A DNA stretch of 64,000 nucleotides. Source: Octopus sinensis. Its lineage: Eukaryota. The translations under genes and the position numbers were made by a program. Below are positions 25,576 to 38,533 of this stretch, in pieces. The first letter of the stretch is position 1. Every line of letters begins with the position of its first letter. The stretch spans positions 153,078,001 through 153,142,000 of the forward strand of contig NC_042997.1 of NCBI RefSeq assembly GCF_006345805.1, given 5' to 3'. Under the pieces are notes generated by a model, which saw only the letters and a program-made list of their open reading frames with translations, ran no database searches and was not told the origin of the DNA.

Positions 25576-25890
25576 CGTGCAAACTTGTATCCTTTGTTTT
25601 TTTATGTCTTCTCGGCGTATTCTTGCTGATCTAGACATGCTCGCATATTCTTAATTGAAAAGGTTTACAAATTTTTACAGTTTCAGTGATAGCTTGGATC
25701 AGATATCTTCAAAGCAGCTTTCTCCTTTCTGGTTTCGAGAAGCCCAATTTTTCAAGATTGGTATTTAGGCAGTGTGTTACATATCCCAGTGCCCCAATAA
25801 TTACAGGTATAAACTTTAACTTGTAATCTCGATAGAGTAACTGCAGATTTCCCAATAGTTCAGCGTAGGCATTCTTTTTCACTGATCTAT
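25576..25890 (-). mobile_element. 5'-truncated RLE-type non-LTR retrotransposon, second family, in (TACA)n
   Basis: KKNAYAELLGNLQLLYRDYKLKFIPVIIGALGYVTHCLNTNLEKLGFSKPERRKLL; the IPxIIGALG motif matches RLE C-termini. Confidence 0.75.
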
Positions 25891-26110
25891 ATGTGTGTAT
25901 GTATGTATGTATGTATGCATGTATGTATGTATGTATGTATGTATGTATGTATGTATGATGTATGTATGTATGTACGTACGTACGTACGTATGTATATATG
26001 TTTGTATGTATGTATGCATGCATGCATGCATGTATGTATGTATGTATGTATGTATTATGTATGTATGTATGTATGTTGTATGTATGTATGTATGTATGTA
26101 TGTATGTATA

Positions 26111-26424
26111 CGTGCAAACTTGTATCCTTTGTTTTTTTATGTCTTCTCGGCGTATTCTTGCTGATCTAGACATGCTCGCATATTCTTAATTGAAAAGGTT
26201 ACAAATTTTTACAGTTTCAGTGATAGCTTGGATCAGATATCTTCAAAGCAGCTTTCTCCTTTCTGGTTTCGAGAAGCCCAATTTTTCAAGATTGGTATTT
26301 AGGCAGTGTGTTACATATCCCAGTGCCCCAATAATTACAGGTATAAACTTTAACTTGTAATCTCGATAGAGTAACTGCAGATTTCCCAATAGTTCAGCGT
26401 AGGCATTCTTTTTCACTGATCTAT
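26111..26424 (-). mobile_element. Tandem duplicate of 25576-25890
   Basis: Near-identical sequence, same truncation point, 535-bp spacing. Confidence 0.8.
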
Positions 26425-26796
26425 ATGTGTGTATGTATGTATGTATGTATGCATGTATGTATGTATGTATGTATGTATGTATGTATGTATGTATGTATGT
26501 ATGTATGTACGTACGTACGTACGTATGTATATATGTTTGTATGTATGTATGCATGCATGCATGCATGTATGTATGTATGTATGTATGTATGTATGTATGT
26601 ATGATGTATGTATGTATGTATGTATGTATGTATGTATGTATGCATGTATGTATGTATGTATGCGTATTAAATAACTAGCTATACCTTAGTGTATAGTGTA
26701 GCGAAACAGCAGAATGTAATATTTTTCATTTAAAGTTGTATCTTCAAAGTTTTCTTATCGGAAACTCAGTCGAGCAATCAATCATAAAGATGTGTC

Positions 26797-26855
<59 letters not shown>

Positions 26856-26991
26856 GTGCGTAGGAGAGAGAGATAAAGTTTGTGTGAGTATGAGTGCGCT
26901 AAGTTCCCCCTTCTATTTTATGTTTCATTTTGCCTGTTTGCAGTTTCCTTCCTTTCTTTTTCGAAATCTTTCTCCTCGTTATCTTTCCCCT

Positions 26992-27052
<61 letters not shown>

Positions 27053-27949
27053 TCTCTCTCTCTCTCTCTTCTCTCTTCCTTTTAGTAATCGTCTCTTTCC
27101 CTCCCTCTCGCTCAATTTCAGTCTCCTTATTTATAACATATTCATCGTGTTTACAAATATCAGACAAACACAAAACTATCATATCATCAAGGAGATTGAT
27201 AAGCACAATAAAAAGGGATGATTATAATCAATACCTGATATACTAGAAATCACTGAAGCTAGCAGCTTTTATTTTTTCTTATATATAATATTCTAATTTT
27301 TGTATATGTACAATATTTGATTTTTGTACAGGTTTCATTGGTTTTAGTTATTAATAGACCGCAACAGAGGATATCTTCTCGTAGAGTATTAATCTATTTT
27401 AACAAATCCAGTACTTTATCAAGCCTCATTATTAGTTTATCGACCTCCAGCAAGAGTTGAGGCACCAAGGCAACGTATGCATATACGAAGTGGTATCATA
27501 AAGTTCCCTAACTAGTTCTGTAGCGCTCTACCAGATGGCAGCACACGGTTGCGTGTATGTACGTACGTTCGTCGATATACGTGCATGAATGTATGAGTGT
27601 GTGTGTGTGTGTATTCGGACATAAAATACAAAATTACAATTCACAGACGTATGTATATACACACATATACCCATACATATATATATACATACACCTAAAC
27701 ACACAAATACTTACGTACATACGCACTCGCACATAAACTCACACATGATCGGGGAAGGCGGGGATATATTTATCTTTGCCATCTCTCGAGGGAAGGCCAC
27801 TAAAGGGCCTGTCACTTCCGTGCGTCTCTCTACGCTGAATTATTGCTCTGTGGAGAAATTCTATTTCGTGATTTAGCTTCGATTTTTAATCAATGTAAAG
27901 TCATTTCTTCTTTGGCTACTCTGTGTAACAGGATTTTGTGGGAAATTTT

Positions 27950-28047
<98 letters not shown>

Positions 28048-28786
28048 CCAATGTTTTGCATCAACTCTAGTACTTGACAAGCACTTTGTTTTATCAAACC
28101 AAAAAGGATAAACAGTAAAGTTGCCCTGGGCAGCATTTAAAATTTGGACGTAAAGCATTCGAAAAAAAGCCGTTGAGCATTTTGTCCGACGTGCTGACGT
28201 TTCTATAATCTCACTACTTTGACGACAATAAGAATAATTCATTCTGTTATGGGCACAAGACCTGAAATTCTGTGGAGAAGGAGCTAGTCGATTTCATCGA
28301 TGCCAGGACTTAACTGCTACTTATATCTACCCAGAAAGGGCAGGCACAATAAGCTCATCGTCTTGGTAATAACAATAATATTTTTTAACTAAGATCCATG
28401 GCCATAGATTCTGGAGAATGTATAATCGATTAGATCAGCCAGATTATTTCAGAAGCATTTATTTTGACGACTCTGCAAGGATAAAATCAAAGTCCGCACC
28501 GGGATATGAACTCAAAATGTATAAGGACTGAAATAAATACTGCCATGCATCTGTGATCGTGTTATGCGTGTGCGTGTACATACATATATATATATATTTG
28601 TGTGAGTGTGTTAGTGTGCATTTATTCAGTATGTATGTATGTATGTATATATATATATATATTTAAAGTAATAAGGGTGAAAAATTGAATATTAATTTAA
28701 TTAATATCAATTTAGAACCACTGGTCTAGCATATTTAAAAATCTAAAGTTTCAGAAAAAATTATATTAACATACATATATGTATGG

Positions 28787-28822
<36 letters not shown>

Positions 28823-29485
28823 CATTACATTTTATCATACATTATATGTATGTGTTAGACAGGTATCTGTGAAGTGCCCATGATACCTAGTGGCCCTTCA
28901 AGATTATGATATTAATATAGCTAATGTTCACCTCAGTCATTTATAAATCGACGTCTGACACGAGAAAACTACATAATACGTTCTCTCTATGGCACCCCGC
29001 TCGTTCTCTGGACGCCTTTGAGAGAATATATTGGGTAGGGTGGGACGTTGTACAGATAGCAACAATAAACAGGTGAGATAAATAGATCAGAGGAGAACTT
29101 GTATATAGGTGATTAGTGCTGTTTTATTTCACATTCATCATCCATGCATTTCTGGTAACACAAGCCTGTCATAATTTCTCGTTCTATTATAAATTTTCTT
29201 GTGCAGAAAATCGATTTCTTGGAAATTCTACATGTTATGAACTTTAAATATGAGAATAAAAATGGACTAAGGATAATTATATCGACGAACATGCTTATTC
29301 CTAGATTTATCAGTCATAAGTATTGTTGTGAGCAGAAACGTCAAAGAATGATGTGCTATAAGACTAAGTGTCTCATTGGCTGATAAATGATATTTTAGAA
29401 CGGGACCTGAAAAGGTGTTATTAAGAAATTTGCTTCGAAAACGGCAAGGTCCAGTTCTGATCGAGCTACGTGGTACCGTTAAACA

Positions 29486-29640
29486 TTGACGGTGGTTCCG
29501 CTCTCCGCTGCCGAGCGCTCTCTCTTCAGTAAAGGACTCCGCTTCACGCCTCTCACGCGCCACTGTGACGAATTTGAGACACGGACCGACGTCAAGCAGT
29601 TCCTGCGCCGCCTCAAACTTTGCGTGGCTTTTCAAAATGT
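29486..29640 (+). pseudogene. Penelope-like (Neptune-type) ORF N-terminal fragment
   Basis: PLSAAERSLFSKGLRFTPLTRHCDEFETRTDVKQFLRRLKL fits the LS.AE..LL.KGL.F.P...D...F.RRL.L motif preceding PLE RT; GC-rich island. Confidence 0.7.
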
Positions 29641-29797
29641 GACCTCGTGTGTAACGTTGGCGATTTTTTTTTCCTCTGTCTTCCCTCTCTGGATCTTTCC
29701 CTCTCGTATGTTTCCTTCTTTCCCGAGCGTCCAATAATACTATATTTGTTCCACGTCCTCGCGTTGTTGTGTTTTTTTGTGCTTTCTTGTTTGGATT

Positions 29798-30070
<273 letters not shown>

Positions 30071-30071
30071 C

Positions 30072-30118
<47 letters not shown>

Positions 30119-30167
30119 AGACAATTCAAAAATAGAAAATGCTAAGATAATTTTATAGTGAATCTTT

Positions 30168-30205
30168 CAGTACCGGTTTCGGTCATTTTGAGACCTTTTC
30201 AACTG
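30168..30205 (-). ncRNA. Minimal type I hammerhead motif, U3-A8 variant
   Basis: Reverse complement of 30481-30518. Confidence 0.6.
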
Positions 30206-30480
30206 TAACGATTAAATAATTAAATTTAGAAAAATTAGAAGAAAAGTTTTTTTAAAGGAATATTTCTATAGTAGTGTTCAGATATAAGTGGCATTCTGCC
30301 TTTCTCTGACTCCCTTGTTTGCACTTGTGTGTTCGAGGTCGTTGTGACCTCGAACACACAAGTGCAAACAAGGGAGTCAGAGAAAGGCAGAATGCCACTT
30401 ATATCTGAACACTACTATAGAAATATTCCTTTAAAAAAACTTTTCTTCTAATTTTTCTAAATTTAATTATTTAATCGTTA

Positions 30481-30518
30481 CAGTTGAAAAGGTCTCAAAA
30501 TGACCGAAACCGGTACTG
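30481..30518 (+). ncRNA. Minimal type I hammerhead motif, U3-A8 variant
   Basis: CAG-TTGAAAA-GGTC tcaaaat GACC-GAAA-CCGG-TA^CTG: 3-bp stem I, 4-bp stem II, palindromic stem III ACCGGT, GUA triplet. Confidence 0.6.
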
Positions 30519-30601
30519 AAAGATTCACTATAAAATTATCTTAGCATTTTCTATTTTTGACTTGTTTTTTCATATATATCAACTCGTGTGTTCCTTTCCA
30601 C

Positions 30602-30677
<76 letters not shown>

Positions 30678-33429
30678 TATATACACACATATGTGTATAC
30701 ATACATAAATACATATACATACATATACTGTGCGGAAGCCCATTGTTCATATGTGTGTGAGCACTGTAGATGTAGATGAGTGTAAAATAAATTTAATTGA
30801 TTAAATGAATATTCATTGCAGCATTATGGTCTGACCTCACCCTTTGACCTAAGTAGAATTCAATAAGATATTACCAAAGAAATGAAATCGATTCAGTTGA
30901 CTGAAACGTCTGAAGTCAGTGGTCCAATATGGCCACATTCCAATGACTGTAACCTGCAAAACTGATAATAATGAAATGAAAGCGAAGCACTATGCTTCAA
31001 GAGAATCATATTTGACACACCATGACGATAAAAGAGAAAAGAAACTGAAATTATTTCTATTCCTCTCTTAGCAACAAAACAAACACTGAAGATTTTGTAT
31101 TCTTGTTAATATCAGAACTTCAAGAGTTTTCTCCATAGCTTTCAAACGAAGATATGTCCAATGAGATCATACAGAAAGAAATTTTTAAAATTTCATTATG
31201 AAACTCTTCAGGTAAAGGAGTGTAGGTATAAGCAATAATCGTAAACCTTACTATGTTTTAGTGATGAATAAAAAAAAAAACTGTTGGAAGATAATTACAA
31301 TTTCCTTTCATCACTTTTACTTTTCCTTATCAGTTTTTATATCCATTAGATGTGAGATTTGCAAATATATTCTGTGTTCGTTTAATTCCATATTTAATTG
31401 TTTTGATCTTCAACAGTTCCCCCGGCTAAATGATTTTATGGATTATGTTTTATGTTTATTATTTTGTTGTCTTTTAATCATTTTCCACGAACGAGCGTTT
31501 GATTTTTGAAACATATAAGAGCGATAGGAAAACTCATTTACGTTCAACTTTGTGTCCATGGTAATCAGCAAAAGCAAAAAATACGAAGTGAGATACGAAA
31601 ATTAATCTAAAAATTGACATAATTTTCTTGCGAGAAGATCAATCTAGTTATGTTTTGCATTATTTGATCTTTATGACATAAACAGACAATCAAGCAACCT
31701 ACTATCTCATTTATATTTTATATACACTCGAACTCTCGATGTGTAAATGCGAGTGTGCATATGTATGTAGATAGAGAGAGAGAGAGAGAGTTAGAAAAAG
31801 AGACCATATAACCTTATGCATGGGCATACACGAAAACATATATGTGTATAATTTGTGTGTGTGTGTGTGCGTGTGTGCGTGTGTGTGTGTATGTATTCGT
31901 GTATGCACACAAACATATAATCAAAAATTCATCGGTTTTGTAATATGCATATTATGCAATATTTTTGTATGTACAAACTGATTCCAAATTGTGATTTCCT
32001 AATTTAATATACTTGGTTTTATTCCTCTCTCTCTCACTCTCTCTCTTTATATACATATATGTGTGTGTGTGTGTGTGTCTTTATATAAATATGTAAATAT
32101 ACGTATGTGTGCATGCGTATGTTTAAGTGTGCTAATGTGTGAGCGAGCGTGAGTGTGTGTCTGTGTAAATGTATATGTGTGTGTTGCAATTTTGCTTCGC
32201 TGTATTCATACCACTACGCATTTATATTTATATTGCATAGTATTTCTTAAACCCGGCAGGAGGGAGATAAGAATCCCCTGCTGTTCTATTCTCCGAACTC
32301 TTATATGGCCCAAAACATAGGTCCAGAGCGTAATGTTTATTAATAAATGAATGACAACAAGATACGATTAACGGAAAAAATTAATTTTCTTACAGCTGTT
32401 TCTGTTGCGGGAAACCGTTCACCCCGAGATGAGCACCAGCCCGAGAATTCATAGATCCCATTGCGACGGTCTTTTGAAGTTTTTTTTTTTAATTGAAGAT
32501 TTCAGTCGCTTGAAACATTATAGCATTAAAAGATAAACTAAAATTCTAGTAACTCATCCCAACAAAAAAAAAACAGGGCGATACATACCATGTGATTCCT
32601 TGTGCAAGGAGAAAATGTGTTAAAATGGAGCTTGAAAAAACTTTTACCAGGATAGTTATCTGTTTAAATTTTCGGAGTGGGTATATAAGTAGGAAATTGA
32701 AAAGTTAAAGCAGACAGCAATGGGGAATGTAGGAAAAACAATATTGGTTATCCTGAATCGCCGGAATGAATAATGGTGAAATGTAGGATATTATCATAAG
32801 GTGATATATAATATATATTTCTGTAGATTTGTGCATTGTAGAAGTTAAGACATTTTTGTTTTTTAAAAAAAGTAGTGATATATGAGAAAACAACTCTAAA
32901 TTGACAACTCATTGCGAAAAGTAAACAAAATTATTATTCGAAAGTTTTCAGAAAAGAGATTTACAAATGAAGATGTCTGTCTAGATAATATAGGAAAATG
33001 AAAGATAGATGGCTATACACACGAGAGCATGTGTGTATATGTATGTGTGTGAGTGTGTGCGTGTGTATGTGAGACTTTTTCAGTTTATTTTAAAAACAAA
33101 TTAAATATTAAATAAATCACTCGAGTATTTTATGATTACTTGGCGACTGATATCAAAATGTGTTAATTTGTGTATTATTTCTTGAGATGATATCTGAATG
33201 AGTTTAAATGACACTGTTGATAAATCAAAAACTGAAACCTATGATAATAATCGTCTAAGCATTTTATTTCAGAATAGCCAAAGGATTTTTGTACAATACT
33301 CGTTTTTGTGAGGTTCATTTTCATTAATGTTTTACATTTGTTTCCCTCAATTGGAACATCACATTAGTTGTTTGAAACACAAGAATCACAAGGATACTAA
33401 AATTTAAAAAAAAACAACCAAAAACAGGA

Positions 33430-33830
33430 GGCGCAGGAGTGGCTGTGTGGTAAGTAGCTTGCTAACCAACCACATGGTTCCGGGTTCAGTCCCACTGCGT
33501 GGCATCTTGGGCAAGTGTCTTCTGCTATAGCCCCGGGCCGACCAATGCCTTGTGAGTGGATTTGGTAGACGGAAACTGAAAGAAGCCTGTCGTATATATG
33601 TATATATATATAAGTGTGTGTGTATATGTTTGTGTGTCTGTGTTTGTCCCCCTAGCATTGCTTAACAACCGATACTGGTGTGTTTACGTCCCTGTCACTT
33701 AGCGGTTCGGCAAAAGAGACCGATAGAATAAGTACTGGGCTTACAAAGAATAAGTCCCGGGGTCGAGTTGCTCGATTAAAAGGCGGTGCTCCAGCATGGC
33801 CGCAGTCAAATGACTGAAACAAGTAAAGAG
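33430..33830 (+). mobile_element. SINE-A, young, full length
   Basis: Very close to 63-487 and to the split copy at 11879-15124. Confidence 0.9.
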
Positions 33831-33834
33831 AAAA

Positions 33835-34236
33835 ATATTCTTTTCTACTCTAGGTACAAGGTCAGAAATTTTTGAGGAGGGAGTAGTCGATTAGATCGAA
33901 GCCAGTACGCAACTGGTACTTAGTCTGTTGACCCCGAAAGGATGAAAGGCAAAGTCAACCACAGCGGAATTTTCACTCAGAAAGTAAAGACAGACGAAAT
34001 ACCTATTTCTTTACTACCCACAAGGGGCTAAACACAGAGAGGACAAACAAGGACAGACAAACGGTTTAAGTCGATTATATCGACCCCAGTGCGTAACTGG
34101 TACTTATTTAGTCGACCCAGAAAGGATGAAAGGCAAAGTCGACCTCGGCGGAGTTTGAACCCAGAACGTAGCTGCAGACGAAATACCGCTGAGCATTTCA
34201 GGTTGCGTGCTAACGTTTCTGCCAGCTAGCCGCCTT
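33835..34236 (-). mobile_element. SINE-B dimer (tail 1 then tail 2)
   Basis: Junction GAAATACC|TATTTCTT at 34003/34004. Confidence 0.8.
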
Positions 34237-34499
34237 CAGATGAAGAACATATTGTATCATTTTCTTTTATTCTTTGTTTCACTCATTGGTCAAGCTAAGA
34301 CCCCGTGTTAAAGGAGTCAATGAATCAAATCAATTCCGTTTTTACAATTTTTTAATGACTGCTACAAAGTCCATCGGTGTCTTTGGCCGAAAGGCTAAGT
34401 TACGTGGACATGAACAAATCATCAAAGTTTATCAAATGGTATAGAAGACAATCACATAGGCACGAACACAAACCGACATATATGTGTGTGTGTGTGTAT

Positions 34500-34885
34500 G
34501 TAGTGGCTGTGTGGTAAGAAACTTGCTTCCCAACCACAAGGTTCCGGGTTCAGTCCCACTGCGTGGCACCTTAGGCAAGTGTTTTCTATTATAGCTTCGG
34601 GCTGATTAAAGCTTTGTGAGTGGATCTGGTAGACGGAAAACCGAAGGAAGCCCGTCATGTAGATGTGTATGTGTGTATTTGTGTTCCTGTGTTTGTCCAT
34701 CTCACCATCGCTGCCAACCGATGTTGGTGTATTTACGTCCCTGTAACTTAGCGGTTCGGCAAAAGAGAACGATGCAATAAGTACTAGGCTTACAAAGAAC
34801 AAGTTTTGCGGTGGATTTGTTCGACTAAAGGCGGTGCTCCAGCATAGCTGCGGTCAAATGACTGAAGCAAATAAAAGAATAAAAG
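34500..34885 (+). mobile_element. SINE-A
   Basis: Family head, body and AAAAGAAT tail. Confidence 0.8.
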
Positions 34886-34891
34886 AATATG

Positions 34892-34948
<57 letters not shown>

Positions 34949-34949
34949 A

Positions 34950-34991
<42 letters not shown>

Positions 34992-36266
34992 CATGTATAA
35001 TCATTCTTATTATTCTTATTATAAATACATATACTTAACGTATATAATTTGTGTATTTTCCAATGGCTACAATGTCGTATTGGAGTATATATACACTCTC
35101 AAAGTACCGGGTGTTAAAACACCTGTCATGGACAGGCGAGATAACTCACCTTCAATCCCATTTAGAAGTGATGGGCACCGACGTTTCGCTATTTTCGTGG
35201 CCTATCAAAATCACGTTGTCGCAAGGGTTAATGGCAAGCCTCCTAGCTAATCCATGTCTTACATGCTCATGGCTTCTAAAACAATATCCTTGCATGTCCG
35301 GAAATTGCATATCTAAGCGAAAATTTACTTATGAAGTAAAATCAACTCCAGCATGATAAGTATTATTAACTATATATGCTCTGTGTATTTACCGGTGGCT
35401 CCAATGGCGTAGTGAACTACATACATTTCAATGCGCCGGTTGTTAAAGAAAAAAGAAACTCAAATTCATGAACAGTGTCACGCAGTGATGTTGAAACCGT
35501 GACTGCGAAGCGAACTTTTTAACTTCACACCTATGCTTCACACCATAAAACGCAACAGTTAGCTATTTCATAGTTCGCCCCAAAGTTACAGGTATGGACG
35601 TTTACTATGAAACACTACTGTTGATTTTATTTTTTTTAATTGCATTGTTATGTTATTGTTGTTCATGTTCGTATGATCAACGTTGTTTAATATGAAAGCA
35701 TTGGTATCGCTTACTTGCTTGTTGCAAAAACCATGACGGTATAATTATAAGATTTCGTTGCAAATTCTATAAGATAGGCTGAACGCACTATGACTTCATG
35801 GCTTGTTAGAATAATTGAATGGATTTGCACTTGAATAAAATCATTTTGATATGCAGGAAATGTCGGTAATATTATTATTAAAGCGGCAAGTTGTCAGAGT
35901 GGTTAGTGCGCCAGAGAAAATGGTTAGCTCCATCTCATCCACCTTCATGTTCTGAGTTCAACTTCTACCGAGGTCGACCTTACCTTTCATCTTTTCGGGG
36001 TCAATGAAATAAGTACTAGTCAAGTACAGGGGTCAATGTAATGGAATTCCCAGTACACTCAAAATATGCTAACCCTTTACCAAAATCTGAAACCAGTATT
36101 AAGACAATGAAATGGCGGGATCATTAAAATATCGGACAAAATGTTTTGCATTCGAATTCCGCCGCAGTCATCTTGGCCTTTCATCAGTTCGGGGTCGATA
36201 TATATAGTTCCAGTCAAGTACTGGGGTCGATTATTTCAACTAAACTTCGGAATGTTGCTGTATTCT

Positions 36267-36347
36267 TTCTGTCTAAATCTCGCTAGCATCAACTTCTGTC
36301 TAAATCTCGCTAGCATCAACTTCTGTCTAATTCTCGCTAGCATCAAC
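36267..36347. repeat. 27-bp tandem repeat x3 inside a degenerate SINE-B region
   Basis: TTCTGTCTAAATCTCGCTAGCATCAAC repeated, one mismatch. Confidence 0.9.
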
Positions 36348-37365
36348 TATGCCTTTCATACCTCCAGAGTTTATAAAATTAAGTACCAGTCATGTACTGG
36401 GGCCAATGTAAACGTCTTGCCTCCTCTCCTCAAAATTACCGGCCATGTACCAAAATTAGAGAGTATAATAGGTCGAAAACTAGAGAAACGATACGCTCAC
36501 TTCTACTAGAAACTGAAACCTGTCTCCATATTTTAGATAACATTAATGAACGAACGATATATTTTAATCCCACACACCCAAAATTAACAACAAGAAGACA
36601 AACAGCAACAACAAAAAATAACACGAAAAATAACGCAAACGACTGAGAATTACAAAAGTATTTTCAAAAATAAATGTTACACTTAGGGTGTTTATTTCGA
36701 AATTCTGTCAAACCAGCAAACAAACTTAACAGAAGTTCAAAATTCATGTTAGGTTTTAAAAGAACGCATGTGAGTAGACAAGTAATACATGTCACAATGA
36801 ATACAATTCGTTATTTAATCTTTTGAGTCATGATAACAGCGATGTTAAAGGCTACAGAATAGTCAATACAAATCAAAATTGTATGACGATTATTCAAACA
36901 GGAATTTCATTTTAGACGGAGTAAAGGAACCTGAAATTTTGGTAACATAGACACACAAGTCACTGTCTCTTGCGTTGTTGCTTCATCATATGTATTTATC
37001 TGCGTGTGAGTTTGCGTGTAACAATCTCAAGGATTATATTACTGGCTGGTGTTGCAGAAGATTTACTGTCACAGCATCTTTAGTTGCGGCTTTATATTCC
37101 TACAAAGATACAACTAAAAATTACGAAGGTGCATGCAGCAATTCTATAGATCCATCCATCCAACCATTCACCCATACATACATGCATATATACATACAAA
37201 TACATAAACATGTGTGTGTGTGTGTGCGTGTGTGTGGGTGTACGTAAATTTTTGGATGAAATTTATAAACATATAATGAATCGCTATTCGCGATGCATTA
37301 TAAGTTCCATCCAAGGAGTATTGTTATTTTTAGTATACTGATCCTATATTATATCGGTACAGCAT

Positions 37366-37780
37366 GGCAGCGAGCTGGCAGAAACGTTAGCACGCCGGGT
37401 GAAATGCTTAGCAGTATTTCGTCTGCCGCTACGTTCTGAGTTCAAATTCCGCCGAGGTCGACTTTGCCTTTCATCCTTTCGGGGTCAATAAATAAAGTAC
37501 CAGTTACGCATTTTGGTCGATGTGATCGACTCAGTCCCTTTGTCGGTCCTTGTTTGTCCCCTCTATGTTTAGCCCCTTGTGGGCAATAAAGAAATAAGTA
37601 ACGTTAACACGCCGGGCGAAATGCTTAACGTTATTTCGTCTATCTTTACGTTCTGAGTTCAAATTCCGCCGAGGTTGACAATGCCTTTCATCCTTTCGGG
37701 GTCGATAAATAAAGTACCAGTTGCGCACTGGGGTTGATTTAATCGACTGACCCCCATCCCCAAAATTTCGGGCCTTATAT
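37366..37780 (+). mobile_element. Two adjacent SINE-B copies (tail 1, then tail 2)
   Basis: Second copy restarts at ACGTTAACACGCCGGGCG after AATAAAGAAATAAG. Confidence 0.8.
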
Positions 37781-38213
37781 CGGTACATCTTCTTTTAACC
37801 TCGCAAACTGGTTGAACAGTTAGCATCATTAGACTGTAGCCGGCCTAATGGAACAGAAGCTTTATTTACATATTGGAAACTTTTCCCGTAAGCAAAGTTA
37901 AAACATATAAATAAGTGGTTGTGTGGTAAGAAACTAAAAACGGTCAGCAAATCGCAGAATGCTTTACCAGCAGTTTGCATAACATTTCCCATACATTTAA
38001 AATATAAGGATAAGTTACATTCTCATAACTTCCTCACACAACAAGGCTTGAAAATCTGTTGTTCAATTAGTGACGTACAGTCAAAAGCCCAAATTTTCAT
38101 CTACTATATTTAATATCTATATTGTAGATAGCTATTAACCTATCTACTATGTTAATATCTTAATCTCGACTGATTTATATTGCACGTGATTATTCTCTGC
38201 TTTCGACTGGAGA

Positions 38214-38256
38214 CGGAAATCGGGCACGTATCCACGGAAATCGGGCACATATCCAC
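38214..38256. repeat. 21-bp tandem duplication
   Basis: CGGAAATCGGGCAC[G/A]TATCCA x2. Confidence 0.85.
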
Positions 38257-38533
38257 AAAGTAACAAGCAACACTTTGGTAGAAGTCTTTTCATTTCTTCA
38301 ACATATCGAAATCATAAAGATTTGGTGTTTACGTTCTTGAAATTGTCTGGAAGACCTAAGATTTCTAACAAATTTATTTCAACATTTTCTTATTCTCGCT
38401 GTGTTGTTCATAAAGCACATATTGTTTTATCAACGACAAGTAGCCCAAACTACGAATACGCAAATGTGGCCACCATGTTACTAGCTGAATTGATGACTGC
38501 TATATATAATGGCTTCATATTTTATGCTATTAG

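Larger units (their letters stand above)
30115..30571. mobile_element. Fold-back of a PLE 3' end: 226-bp arms, 5-nt loop, in (TA)n
   Basis: 30115-30340 is the reverse complement of 30346-30571 apart from two mismatches near the outer end; homologous to 62700-62965. Confidence 0.9.

Noticed and set aside
27873-28136. ORF starting with a signal-peptide-like MLPRATLLFILFGLIKQSACQ
   Set aside because: The DNA aligns to a decayed minus-strand SINE-B body and then runs into (GA)n.
34834-35356. Two overlapping plus-strand ORFs over unique sequence
   Set aside because: No recognisable domain or splice signals; the first starts in a SINE tail and microsatellite.
36267-36347. 27-bp x3 repeat as a possible CRISPR-like array
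   Set aside because: The copies are contiguous with no spacers, and the context is a eukaryotic SINE.
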